From: Chitinophagales bacterium
GTDB lineage: Bacteria > Bacteroidota > Bacteroidia > Chitinophagales > JADIYW01
Assembly: GCA_017984135.1 (NCBI GenBank)
Contig: JAGNZZ010000001.1
Location: 119,801 to 183,800 of the forward strand
Length of the DNA stretch: 64,000 nucleotides
Direction: 5' to 3'
The notes under the pieces were generated by a model. It saw nothing but the letters and a program-made list of their open reading frames with translations. It was not told the origin of the DNA and did no database searches. The position numbers and the translations under genes were made by a program. Below are positions 1 to 8,990 of this stretch, piece by piece (the first letter of the stretch is position 1; the number at the start of each line of letters is the position of its first letter).

Positions 1-2
1 AG

Positions 3-302
3 TTGTCAACAAATATATTTTACGAAGATTCAATTTCATATAGTATGTTGGGTGCTGTTTATACTACAAATTATACTCAAATCTTACATAGTTTTGATAC
101 TCTTCAAAACAAACTTATTACAGTTGGCAATGGTGTTAAGAACGGAAAATATTTCGTGATGTTTTTTAAAGATATTTCTGATACTTCTATCACAATTTAT
201 AAACACGAATGTGTTAGTGGAATTACTGAAGCAGAAGGCTTTGTAAAACCAGACGACAATACGACAGCAGATTATGGCTGGAACGTTTATTTGAAAAACT
301 AA
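3..302 (+). CDS. C-terminal fragment of a hypothetical protein (5' end lies outside the window)
   Basis: ORF is open to the window edge and is followed by a hairpin terminator at 330-357. No family recognised. Confidence 0.4.
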   Translation: MSTNIFYEDSISYSMLGAVYTTNYTQILHSFDTLQNKLITVGNGVKNGKYFVMFFKDISDTSITIYKHECVSGITEAEGFVKPDDNTTADYGWNVYLKN

Positions 303-329
303 TTAGTATATTTCTTTTTTATTTTTTTT

Positions 330-357
330 AACTCTGTTGTAAAACAGAGTTTTTTTT
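330..357 (+). terminator. Rho-independent terminator
   Basis: 9-bp stem aactctgtt / aacagagtt with a gtaa loop, followed by a T-run. Sits 28 nt after the stop of the 3..302 ORF. Confidence 0.65.
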
Positions 358-803
358 ATTTTTCTTTTTGATGATGAAAGAAATTGGATTAATAGAAACC
401 ATAAATGCTAAAAAAAATGAATTCCTTTAATTTTTTGATTTTCATTTTCATTTGCAACGTTTACTAATCAGTTTTAATTTATAAAAGTAAAAATTTCAGT
501 TTCGTATTTGTCTAAACAAATTTTTCATTTTATTTTTAAAGAAATAAAAAAATAATATATTATCGTTTGATAATATAAATTCATCATACAAAAGGAGATG
601 AGCTGGAAATTTTTAGTATCTAAACTAGAAGACATAGCATATACTTGGAATAAAAATGGCTTACGATTAACTTTTTATCCAAATCAACAAAAATAAATAA
701 ATGCTTGAGCAAACTTAAAAACAAACTAATTGAAAATTTTACACGCAAGCATTAGGTTTTGACAAAGCAAACAACTGTGATGATGTATTTATTCTTAATG
801 AAA

Positions 804-1676
804 TTAACTTGATTTTTCTTTCGATTTATCATTCTTATGACTTTTATCCAATTTAGAATCTTTCGTATTCTTTATTTTTTCTACTTTAATTTCACGTACA
901 GTAGTATCATTTAATAATGCAACATCTATTTGTGCAATATGATGTTTGCCATGCCATACATACGATGCTAAAACTTCTTTTAATGGGATACTTTTATTGT
1001 ATTCAGGATGTGTGTATGTTCTGTTGAAATCGTTCGCATCCATATTTTTTAAGATTGTATTCCATTTTTTATGGATATATTTTAATAGATGTATTGATGT
1101 CTTTACCGGTAATTGTATATCCGTTGTTTCTGCCCATAAATCTTGATTGTATGGCTTGATTGTTGGATTATTTTCCGTCAATGCTAGTTTATATCGAATA
1201 AACGCATTCATGTGGCTATCTGCTAAATGATGAATAATCTGTTCGATTGTCCAACCTCCATCTCTATAGGATAGTTGTAATTGATCTTTGTACTTAATTT
1301 TTTTGCTTACTTTTTTTAGTTGCTTAGGAATTTGACTTAATTCCTTTATTAATTTTTCTAAGATGGTATCGGTGTATTTTTCTGGCTCAATAAAATTTCC
1401 AATTGGAAAAATATTTTTATTGACAACTTCTTTTGATGATGATAACTCAACAGTTTTTTTTGAGATTTGTTTTAAATCCTTTGGCAGGTTTAAGCTTGTT
1501 TTTTTTGCAACTTTTACCGTAGGTTTTAATACATTAGGTGTAGTCAAAACCTTAGGTTTTATAGCTTGTTTGCTTTGTATAGGCTTTGTTGGTACTGTTT
1601 TTTTAGGTATTGATTTTGCTGTCTTTGCAATAGTTTTTTTTGCAATAGGTTTTGGAGTATTTTTTTTCGTTGCCAT
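804..1676 (-). CDS. DinB/YfiT-like metal-dependent hydrolase domain protein with a Lys/Pro/Thr-rich N-terminal extension and a Lys-rich tail
   Basis: The C-terminal ~170 aa carry the DinB/YfiT His pattern (HHLADSH ... WHGKHHIAQI). The first ~95 aa are low-complexity and K/P/T-rich (KKTIAKTAKSIPKKTVPTKP...). Confidence 0.7.
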   Translation of the reverse strand: MATKKNTPKPIAKKTIAKTAKSIPKKTVPTKPIQSKQAIKPKVLTTPNVLKPTVKVAKKTSLNLPKDLKQISKKTVELSSSKEVVNKNIFPIGNFIEPEKYTDTILEKLIKELSQIPKQLKKVSKKIKYKDQLQLSYRDGGWTIEQIIHHLADSHMNAFIRYKLALTENNPTIKPYNQDLWAETTDIQLPVKTSIHLLKYIHKKWNTILKNMDANDFNRTYTHPEYNKSIPLKEVLASYVWHGKHHIAQIDVALLNDTTVREIKVEKIKNTKDSKLDKSHKNDKSKEKSS

Positions 1677-1680
1677 AAAT

Positions 1681-3528
1681 TTAAAATTTAACTATAGTTC
1701 GTTCTATGATTTCGTTATTGCTTCGTACCACTAAATTATATGCACCACTTGCTAAGCCATCTAAATGAATTGTTTTATTATATAAACCTTTAGTTAAGTG
1801 ACCAAAAAATTCTTGTTTTAATATTTTGCCTGATAAATCCACTAAATTTACTTCTATTTTTTCAGAAGTAGCAACATTAAATTGTATAGTAACTCTATCA
1901 ATAAATGGATTAGGATATGCACTTAATAAAATTAAATTTGTTGATTTATTTTTAATAGCAGTGGTTAATTCGTCTCGTGGATTTTCGGGAGCAAAATAAT
2001 GCAAAGCATCTGTTTTAATGGTTTTAGAGCTAGCTTTTTTCAACCATCGAGTATTGTCTAATGTGAAGTATCCTGTTTCGTATGCTTGATTAGGATTTAA
2101 TTGAGTAATGGTAGGAACTGAATAAAAATCGCCTTGAGCAGCATTGTTTTGTAAGTCTAAAATACCATATCCTTTTTTATGTAAATCAACATATTTAATA
2201 TGAGGTAACAGTGAAGTGACTAAATTATAAATGGGATCTAAAGGAATAGGAGATGAGCTGGAAGTTACTGAAGTGCATACAAATTCCACACCTACCGATC
2301 CCGCACCTGTGGATGGATTGTATGTAGAAGTATTGTATGGTAAATCCATTGCCCAAGCAGTATGTATGTCGCCAGTTAATACAATTACATTTTTTATGTT
2401 ATTATTTAAAATAATATCGTATAATTTTTTTCGTTCTACACTATAGCCATCCCATTGATCATTATTCAACATGATTCCAAATGGAGTTAAATTGCCCATC
2501 ATTACTTGTTGTCCTATAATTTTCCATTTTGCAGTGGAATTTATGAGTTCCGTTTTTAACCATTGCATTTGTTCATTTCCAATAATATGTCTGGAAGAAT
2601 CATTTGTATTTCCACCTTGTAAACTTCTATCGTACAAGCGTGTGTCTAACATAAATATATCAGCCATATTTCCAAAGCTTAATTTTCTCCATATTCTATT
2701 TGGGTTGCTTACTTCCGGAAGCCTTGTTGGTAGCCATTCATCATTTGCTTGTTGTCCGGCACTTTTGCGCGCGCTCCATAAACCTTCAACTCCTGGAGTA
2801 TGGTTATCTGCTCCATCAGAATAAGAATTATTGGCAGTTTCATGGTCATCCCAAACTGTGATAAATGGAAATTGTTGATGTAATTTCATCAGTGCTGGAT
2901 CTAAACGATAAGATGAATATCGTTGACGATAATCGGCTAGCTTAATTATTTCATGCAATGGTTGTTGTCCATTTCTTGTTGCTGGTATTCCTGCATATTC
3001 ATAAATATAATCTCCTAAATGTAAAACAGCATCAATGTCGTTTCTTTCTCTAATTCTGTTATATACATTAAAGTATCCATTTGGATAATTGGCGCAGGAT
3101 ACAAATGCAAATCGCAATTGATTGGTGCCACTTACCGGAGCAGTTTTAGTTCTGCCTATTAATGAATTTCTTCCTAAAGCCGTAAACTCATAGAAATACC
3201 AAGTATTGGGTTGCAATCCGTTGACATCAATTTTTACACAATAATCTTTGGTGCTATCGGCTAAAAATGTTCCCGATTGTACAATGGATGTGAAATTTGT
3301 GTCTAGCGCTACACGCCAAGTTCCATTAACATTGTCATTCGTTTCCGGAGTAACTCGTGTCCATAGTATTACGGAATTTGGCGTTGGATCGCCAGAAGCA
3401 ACACCATGATAAAATGGAACTAAGGATGTGTCCACCATGGAACGTTCCGTGATGTCAATTGGTGAATCCGCAAATGAGACCAAGTGAAATGATAAAGAAA
3501 CTATAATGAAAATAAATAGTTTATTCAT
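1681..3528 (-). CDS. phoD: PhoD-family alkaline phosphatase/phosphodiesterase with a T9SS C-terminal sorting domain
   Basis: Signal peptide. Calcineurin-like motifs (GDYIYEY, VWDDHE, LTGDIHTAW). The C-terminal ~80 aa (LSAYPNPFIDRVTIQFNV...YNLVVRSNNEIIERTIVKF) look like a Por/T9SS type-A sorting domain. Confidence 0.85.
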   Translation of the reverse strand: MNKLFIFIIVSLSFHLVSFADSPIDITERSMVDTSLVPFYHGVASGDPTPNSVILWTRVTPETNDNVNGTWRVALDTNFTSIVQSGTFLADSTKDYCVKIDVNGLQPNTWYFYEFTALGRNSLIGRTKTAPVSGTNQLRFAFVSCANYPNGYFNVYNRIRERNDIDAVLHLGDYIYEYAGIPATRNGQQPLHEIIKLADYRQRYSSYRLDPALMKLHQQFPFITVWDDHETANNSYSDGADNHTPGVEGLWSARKSAGQQANDEWLPTRLPEVSNPNRIWRKLSFGNMADIFMLDTRLYDRSLQGGNTNDSSRHIIGNEQMQWLKTELINSTAKWKIIGQQVMMGNLTPFGIMLNNDQWDGYSVERKKLYDIILNNNIKNVIVLTGDIHTAWAMDLPYNTSTYNPSTGAGSVGVEFVCTSVTSSSSPIPLDPIYNLVTSLLPHIKYVDLHKKGYGILDLQNNAAQGDFYSVPTITQLNPNQAYETGYFTLDNTRWLKKASSKTIKTDALHYFAPENPRDELTTAIKNKSTNLILLSAYPNPFIDRVTIQFNVATSEKIEVNLVDLSGKILKQEFFGHLTKGLYNKTIHLDGLASGAYNLVVRSNNEIIERTIVKF

Positions 3529-3614
3529 AGATTTAATTTCTATAAAGTTATGATTTTTTGATGTATTTCATTTTAATTTTTCCATGAATTTATTTTGTAT
3601 TTTGTATGTATTTT

Positions 3615-4325
3615 TTATAGATATAAATAATAAGGCTGAAGAAGTTGAATAACTGCATCTGAATAGTGTCCTAATTCATTTTTAATTGCAACCTCTTGAT
3701 GGGATAATGGCTCATTTTTTTGGGTAGTAAAAACTGCGGCATACCTAAAATAGGAATGTGAGGTACTTTGTTTAAAGTAAATGGAATGTACTAAATGAAA
3801 GTTAAATTCGTACGCAATTTTTTCAATTTCATCTTTTCGAAAAAATGGAAATAAGCACGCAAATTGTCCATTCAAATTAAGTAGATTATGGATACTTTCA
3901 AATAATTCATAAATATTTAAATGTGTGGAATGTTTCGCAATTTTTTCTGTTGGAGAAAATGAAACAATTTTATCTTTAAAAAATGGTGGATTGCAAATAA
4001 TAAAATCAAATTTTTGTTGAAATGCATATTTTCTTATATCACCCAAAACAACCTCCAATCTATTATTCCAATGGCTGTTTTTGAAATTCGATTGTGTTTG
4101 TAAATATGCAGCTTCGTCAATTTCAATTCCGGTTATTGAAGCATTTGTTTTTTGAGCACACATTAAACTTAATAAACCAGTGCCAGTGCCGATATCTAAA
4201 ATAGTTTTTGTTGAAGTTGGAATAGGTACCCAAGCACCAAATAAACAAGAATCTGTACACACTTTCATGGCACACATTTCTTGTTCAATTTTAAATTGCT
4301 TAAACTGAAAATATGAATTTGCCAT
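3615..4325 (-). CDS. trmN6: tRNA1(Val) (adenine37-N6)-methyltransferase-like SAM methyltransferase (YfiC/TrmN6 type)
   Basis: N-terminus FQFKQFKIEQEMCAMKVCTDSCLFGAW, SAM-binding DIGTGTGLLSLM and an NPPF motif. Confidence 0.8.
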   Translation of the reverse strand: MANSYFQFKQFKIEQEMCAMKVCTDSCLFGAWVPIPTSTKTILDIGTGTGLLSLMCAQKTNASITGIEIDEAAYLQTQSNFKNSHWNNRLEVVLGDIRKYAFQQKFDFIICNPPFFKDKIVSFSPTEKIAKHSTHLNIYELFESIHNLLNLNGQFACLFPFFRKDEIEKIAYEFNFHLVHSIYFKQSTSHSYFRYAAVFTTQKNEPLSHQEVAIKNELGHYSDAVIQLLQPYYLYL

Positions 4326-4341
4326 ACTATGAAATTAAACT

Positions 4342-4376
4342 AAAAAAAATAGCTACCGTAATTTGTAGCTATTTTT
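4342..4376 (-). terminator. Rho-independent terminator downstream of htrA (A-run and T-run on both sides, so possibly bidirectional)
   Basis: Stem atagctac / gtagctat (4349-4356 / 4365-4372) with an 8-nt loop. On the minus strand it is followed by an 8-T run (complement of 4342-4349). Confidence 0.6.
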
Positions 4377-4401
4377 AATAAAAAATTTATTTAGATTTTA
4401 A

Positions 4402-5898
4402 TTAGTACCCAAATGCATAATATTTAAGTCCATTTTGGTCAGGATATTTTCCTTGTAACAGAATACCGTTTCCTTTACTATCATTAATCAAATCAATTAA
4501 ATCTTGTTTTTTTGTAACAGCTCTATTATTGATACCAATAATAATAAAACCAACTTGCATATTGGTATTTTGTTGAATGATGCCATCTGTAATTTTGTTC
4601 ACTCTTAATCCACCACTTGTGCCTAATTTTTTTGCTTCTAAATTGCTTATTTCTTCTACAGAGATGCCTAGGTTACCTAATATGTCATCTGATTTTGGTG
4701 ATTCTTCCTTGCTAAGTAAACTTGTTTTATTTTCTTTTGATTTTAAAACTACTTCTTTAGTTATTAAACTTCCATCTCTGAAAATTTCTACTTTAATTTT
4801 ATCGCCTGGACGATAACGAGCCACATGTTCTTGTAAATCAGCTGTATTTTTTATCTCCGATTCTCCTATTTTTAAGATAACATCTCCACGTTTTATGCCT
4901 CCAGTTTCTGCAGCACTTAATTTATTGACTTCCGCAATATAAGCTCCTTTAATTTCATTTAATTTTAAATCTTTAGCCAATTCTGCGTCCACCTCGCGAA
5001 TGCTAACACCTAAGAAACCACGTTGTACAATTCCGAAATCAATCATATCTTTTACTACTTTCTGAGCCAAGTTGGATGGAATAGCAAAGGAATAACCAGC
5101 ATAAGAACCAGTTGGAGTGGCAATGGCAGCATTAATGCCAACTAAATTTCCATTTAAATCGACCAATGCACCGCCACTGTTACCTGGATTTACGGCAGCA
5201 TCAGTTTGTATAAACGATTCAATAGCAAGGTTACCTGCTTTATCTCTTAATATATTAATATTTCTAGTTTTGGCAGATACTATTCCTGCAGTAACAGTAG
5301 ATGATAAATTAAATGGATTGCCTACTGCTAACACCCATTGACCTACTTGTACGTCGTCGGAATTGGCAAATGTTAAGTAACTCAAATTCGATGCATCAAT
5401 TTTAATTACGGCTAAATCTGTGTTTGGATCATTACCTATCACTTTTGCTTTAAATTCTCTATTGTCATATAAATTTACATTGATTTCATCCGCACCATCA
5501 ATAACATGGTTATTGGTCACTATATAGCCATCATTGCTAATAATTACACCGGAACCGGAACCTTCTTGTTCTTGTGGTGGCATATCATAAGGTGAACCAC
5601 CAAAAGGATCACCAAAAAATTGAAAAAATGGATTCTTGTTCTGCATATTTCTATCCTGTTTTTTCAGCTTCATTTTGGTGTTAATATGTACCACAGCTGG
5701 AGTGCTGATTTTTGCTGCGCCGATAAAAGCATCGTTTGGTAAATTACCATTATAACTCGCCAGTTTAAATACATCTTTATCCGATGATTCATTGTGTTTC
5801 AGCGTGGTAAAAATGCTATCATTATAATAGTGTATAATGGCTAACGTGGATATGGTACTTACAATACCAACAATAATGTACGCTAAGAATTTTTTCAT
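4402..5898 (-). CDS. htrA: Periplasmic serine endoprotease, HtrA/DegP/DegQ (Do) family, protease domain plus PDZ domains
   Basis: N-terminal anchor, trypsin-like domain with TNNHV...DLAVIK...GNSGGALV catalytic-triad context, and two PDZ-like regions. Confidence 0.9.
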   Translation of the reverse strand: MKKFLAYIIVGIVSTISTLAIIHYYNDSIFTTLKHNESSDKDVFKLASYNGNLPNDAFIGAAKISTPAVVHINTKMKLKKQDRNMQNKNPFFQFFGDPFGGSPYDMPPQEQEGSGSGVIISNDGYIVTNNHVIDGADEINVNLYDNREFKAKVIGNDPNTDLAVIKIDASNLSYLTFANSDDVQVGQWVLAVGNPFNLSSTVTAGIVSAKTRNINILRDKAGNLAIESFIQTDAAVNPGNSGGALVDLNGNLVGINAAIATPTGSYAGYSFAIPSNLAQKVVKDMIDFGIVQRGFLGVSIREVDAELAKDLKLNEIKGAYIAEVNKLSAAETGGIKRGDVILKIGESEIKNTADLQEHVARYRPGDKIKVEIFRDGSLITKEVVLKSKENKTSLLSKEESPKSDDILGNLGISVEEISNLEAKKLGTSGGLRVNKITDGIIQQNTNMQVGFIIIGINNRAVTKKQDLIDLINDSKGNGILLQGKYPDQNGLKYYAFGY

Positions 5899-5938
5899 AA
5901 TTTAAATTTAAAAGTAGAAGTATTGTTCGTATGGTAAA

Positions 5939-5946
5939 CAAAAATA
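5939..5946 (-). promoter_or_regulatory. Bacteroidota -7 promoter box (TATTTTTG) for htrA
   Basis: Perfect TAnnTTTG on the minus strand, 40 nt upstream of the htrA ATG (5898). Confidence 0.45.
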
Positions 5947-6018
5947 AAAAGCAAAGTTTCTTAGGTGCTGGTTAAAAAAAGTTAAAGATTTAATCAGATT
6001 TTTTTAGTGGAGAAAATG

Positions 6019-6026
6019 TACCTTTG
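6019..6026 (+). promoter_or_regulatory. Bacteroidota -7 promoter box (TACCTTTG) abutting the dapF start codon
   Basis: Perfect TAnnTTTG followed by only 4 nt (aacc) before the dapF ATG at 6031. Confidence 0.45.
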
Positions 6027-6030
6027 AACC

Positions 6031-6810
6031 ATGCATTTTAATTTTTATAAATATCAAGGAACTGGAAATGATTTTGTTTTAATTGATAATCGGTCTTTGT
6101 TTTTTCCAAATGAAAATATTGAGCTGATTCGAAAACTTTGTGATCGTAAATTTGGAGTTGGAGCGGATGGGTTAATGTTATTAGAAAACATAGAACAATA
6201 TGATTTTAAAATGGTGTATTACAATGCAGATGGCAATGAAAGTACCATGTGTGGAAATGGCGGAAGATGCATTGCAGCGTTTGCAAATCAATTGGGAATA
6301 GTGAAAGATAAAGGTAAATTTATGGCGATTGACGGCGTACATGATTTTACAATTGATAAAGATAATGTTCATTTAAGAATGATAGATGTTGCTGAAATAA
6401 AAATGGACAAAAATGATTATGTATTGTTTACTGGATCACCTCATTATGTTAGTTTTAGAACGGCTTTGTCGCAGATAAATATTTTGGAAGAAGCCCAAAA
6501 AGTGAGATATAATGATACATTTAAAGAAAAAGGAATTAATGTGAATTTCGTTGAGATTAAAGAGGATAATGTTAGTATGCGCACTTATGAACGTGGCGTA
6601 GAAGATGAAACATTATCTTGCGGTACTGGAACTGTTGCAGTAGCATTGTGTGTAGCACATATAAGAAATCAATCTGCTGGACAGATAAATATTAAAACAC
6701 CTGGCGGAATTTTATCGGTAGCATTTATGAAATATGAAAATAAATATACAGATATTTGGTTAATCGGTGCAGCCAATTTTGTATTTAGTGGCACTATAAA
6801 TATCGACTAA
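6031..6810 (+). CDS. dapF: Diaminopimelate epimerase
   Basis: N-terminus FYKYQGTGNDFVLIDNR and both catalytic-Cys contexts (STMCGNGGRC, ETLSCGTGTVA). Confidence 0.9.
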   Translation: MHFNFYKYQGTGNDFVLIDNRSLFFPNENIELIRKLCDRKFGVGADGLMLLENIEQYDFKMVYYNADGNESTMCGNGGRCIAAFANQLGIVKDKGKFMAIDGVHDFTIDKDNVHLRMIDVAEIKMDKNDYVLFTGSPHYVSFRTALSQINILEEAQKVRYNDTFKEKGINVNFVEIKEDNVSMRTYERGVEDETLSCGTGTVAVALCVAHIRNQSAGQINIKTPGGILSVAFMKYENKYTDIWLIGAANFVFSGTINID

Positions 6811-6813
6811 TTC

Positions 6814-7764
6814 ATGATTACTATTTATAAAAAAATAGAAGATACATTGCAAAGTATTCAACAAGTTGAAAAAGATTGTTGGATAAACATTGCGCCACCA
6901 TTTAGTATGGCACAATTGGAACAGTTTGCTAAAGAGCAAAGTATTCCATTTTCTTATATTGTCGATTGTATTGACCAATATGAACGTTCTCGATATGAAC
7001 AACAAGAAGATGCAAAACTAATCGTTATTAATACACCAATTTTAAACGAAGGTTTTGATTTAGAAGATGAAGCAACATACATAACCATTCCTGTTGGTAT
7101 TATTCTAATTCCCGATATTATCATTACGGTTTGTTCCGTAAACAATCCATTAATAGAATGGTTTGAACGAAATTTTCAAAAGAACATCAACCTCCAAAAT
7201 AGAAATGATTTTGTGATACGAATTTTTGAACGTAATATCTATTATTTTTTACATTATTTACGAGAAATAAATAAACGTATTTCACAAATCGAAAAAGAAT
7301 TAAACTATTCGAGTAGAAATCAAGAGTTGAACAAATTATTGCATCTTCAAAAAGCATTAATTTATTTTGTGAATGACTTACGTGCGGATGAAATGGTTTT
7401 ACTTAAAATTCAACGAAATGATTTTTTAGAATTGAAAGATGACGAACGAATAAAAGATAAATTTCAGGATATTCTGATTGATAATTCGCAAGCCTTGGAA
7501 ATGGCGAATGTGTATTCAAATATTTTAGGCAATATGATGGGTGCATTTGCGTCTATTATTTCTAATAATTTAGGCCATGTCGTTAATCGCTTAACAGCAG
7601 TAACCATTGCACTAATGTTGCCAACACTAATTGCTGGTATTTATGGAATGAACATTGATTTGCCTTTTCAACATCATGCACACGCTTTCACAATTGTTGT
7701 TTCCATTAGTATATTGTGTTCTCTTGTATTCGTATTTTATTTTAGAAAAAAAAGATGGTTGTAA
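6814..7764 (+). CDS. corA: CorA-family Mg2+/Co2+ transporter
   Basis: C-terminal two TM helices with the YGMN motif (GIYGMNIDLPF). Length fits the family. Confidence 0.8.
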   Translation: MITIYKKIEDTLQSIQQVEKDCWINIAPPFSMAQLEQFAKEQSIPFSYIVDCIDQYERSRYEQQEDAKLIVINTPILNEGFDLEDEATYITIPVGIILIPDIIITVCSVNNPLIEWFERNFQKNINLQNRNDFVIRIFERNIYYFLHYLREINKRISQIEKELNYSSRNQELNKLLHLQKALIYFVNDLRADEMVLLKIQRNDFLELKDDERIKDKFQDILIDNSQALEMANVYSNILGNMMGAFASIISNNLGHVVNRLTAVTIALMLPTLIAGIYGMNIDLPFQHHAHAFTIVVSISILCSLVFVFYFRKKRWL

Positions 7765-8811
7765 ATGAATAAACAATTAGAAACAATCCGAATTATTTTG
7801 ATTTTTTTTGCCAGTATCACTGTATTGTTTTTATTACATTTACTTCAAGAATTATTAGTGCCATTATTGTTGGCAATGTTTATTGCATTATTAATGCAAC
7901 CAACCTTAGTTTGGTTTGAAAAAAGAAAATTTCCACTTTGGCTTAGTGTAAGTATAATTTGGATTTTTTTATGTATGCTCTTTTTTTTAATTGGCGCATT
8001 TACATATAAAACTGGGATGGAAATTTATTCAGAAAAAGAATTTATTTTGACACAAGTACAAGATAAATTAGCTGGATTATTAAATATGTATAATCGATTT
8101 ACAGGTAAAGAAATTAATTTAGAACATTTAGCAAGTAAAATTTCTTCTAGTATTTCTTCCGAATTCATCATGGATAATTCTTCCTCTTTTTTTGGAAAAT
8201 TAGGTTCTACTTTTGAGGAGCTTTTATTGACAGCTATTTATCTAGTTTTGATTTTGTCGGGAATTTTAAAGTATGAAAACTACTTAATGTATTTAGGTGG
8301 AGAAGGCAAAAGTACCAAATATATCAAAGCATTTGAAGAAGTGAAAAGCTCGATTGTTTCCTACATGAAAGTGAAATTTATTATCAGCTTAGTCTATGGT
8401 TTGGGTATTACCTTTATCTGTTTTTTATTCGGACTGCAATTTGCTTTATTTTGGGGTTTTATTGGTTTTATTTTGAATTTTATTCCCGTTTTTGGTGCTA
8501 TCATTGGGTTAGTTCCTGTTTTTATAATGGCATTAATTCAGTTTAATACGCCAATTACCTCTATTATTTTAATAGTTGTTTCCTATATCTTTCATTTTGT
8601 TTTAGCGTCCGTTTTAGAACCTATTTATATGGGCAATCGTATCTCTTTAAACACCATTGTTATAATTACCGGCTTATTGTTTTGGGGTTATCTTTGGGGA
8701 ATTTATGGCATGTTTTTGTCCGTTCCATTGATGGTATTGACAAAAGTAATTTTAAGTCAAATTGAAGGTACTGATGTTATTGTTCGATTATTAGGTACTC
8801 AAAAGGAATAG
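7765..8811 (+). CDS. AI-2E family transporter (PerM/UPF0118-type permease)
   Basis: Polytopic membrane protein of ~350 aa with the typical C-terminal LSVPLMVL region. Its start abuts the corA stop. Confidence 0.75.
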   Translation: MNKQLETIRIILIFFASITVLFLLHLLQELLVPLLLAMFIALLMQPTLVWFEKRKFPLWLSVSIIWIFLCMLFFLIGAFTYKTGMEIYSEKEFILTQVQDKLAGLLNMYNRFTGKEINLEHLASKISSSISSEFIMDNSSSFFGKLGSTFEELLLTAIYLVLILSGILKYENYLMYLGGEGKSTKYIKAFEEVKSSIVSYMKVKFIISLVYGLGITFICFLFGLQFALFWGFIGFILNFIPVFGAIIGLVPVFIMALIQFNTPITSIILIVVSYIFHFVLASVLEPIYMGNRISLNTIVIITGLLFWGYLWGIYGMFLSVPLMVLTKVILSQIEGTDVIVRLLGTQKE

Positions 8812-8819
8812 AAAATCAT

Positions 8820-8990
8820 TTAATTGTCAATTAGTTCCGAATTGGAATTGATATTCTCATCTTTCCAAGGACAATGTTTACAGTCGTTTCCACAGCAATA
8901 TCCTCTTTTTAAATGATAAGCTTTGGTAAATACAAAGTATCCTTGCTCATTAATATAATAGTCGATATTTTCTATTAATTTTTCTTCCAT
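8820..8990 (-). CDS. 56-aa Cys-rich protein (GYCCGxxCxHCP motif; I recall this as the DUF5522 family, unverified)
   Basis: Not in the supplied ORF track because it is under 60 aa. My translation: MEEKLIENIDYYINEQGYFVFTKAYHLKRGYCCGNDCKHCPWKDENINSNSELIDN*. Its ATG (8990-8988) overlaps the prfB stop (8992-8990) as TAATG. Confidence 0.55.
   Translation of the reverse strand: MEEKLIENIDYYINEQGYFVFTKAYHLKRGYCCGNDCKHCPWKDENINSNSELIDN

Noticed and set aside
557-576. AT-only hairpin atattatc-gttt-gataatat, followed by a T-rich run on the minus strand; possible terminator for the DinB-like gene.
   Set aside because: It lies ~230 nt beyond the stop codon and is composed only of A/T pairs, so it is too weak to call.
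594-608. 15-mer ggagatgagctggaa shared between the 303-803 intergenic region and the antisense strand of phoD (2249-2263).
   Set aside because: It is a single short match with no extended similarity on either side, which is within what chance allows in 64 kb on two strands.
598-696. 32-codon ORF (MSWKFLVSKLEDIAYTWNKNGLRLTFYPNQQK) preceded by AAGGAG.
   Set aside because: The SD-like sequence abuts the ATG with no spacing, and this lineage does not appear to use SD-led initiation. I found no -7 box and recognised no homology. The 500-bp spacer (303-803) remains unexplained but offers nothing I can support.
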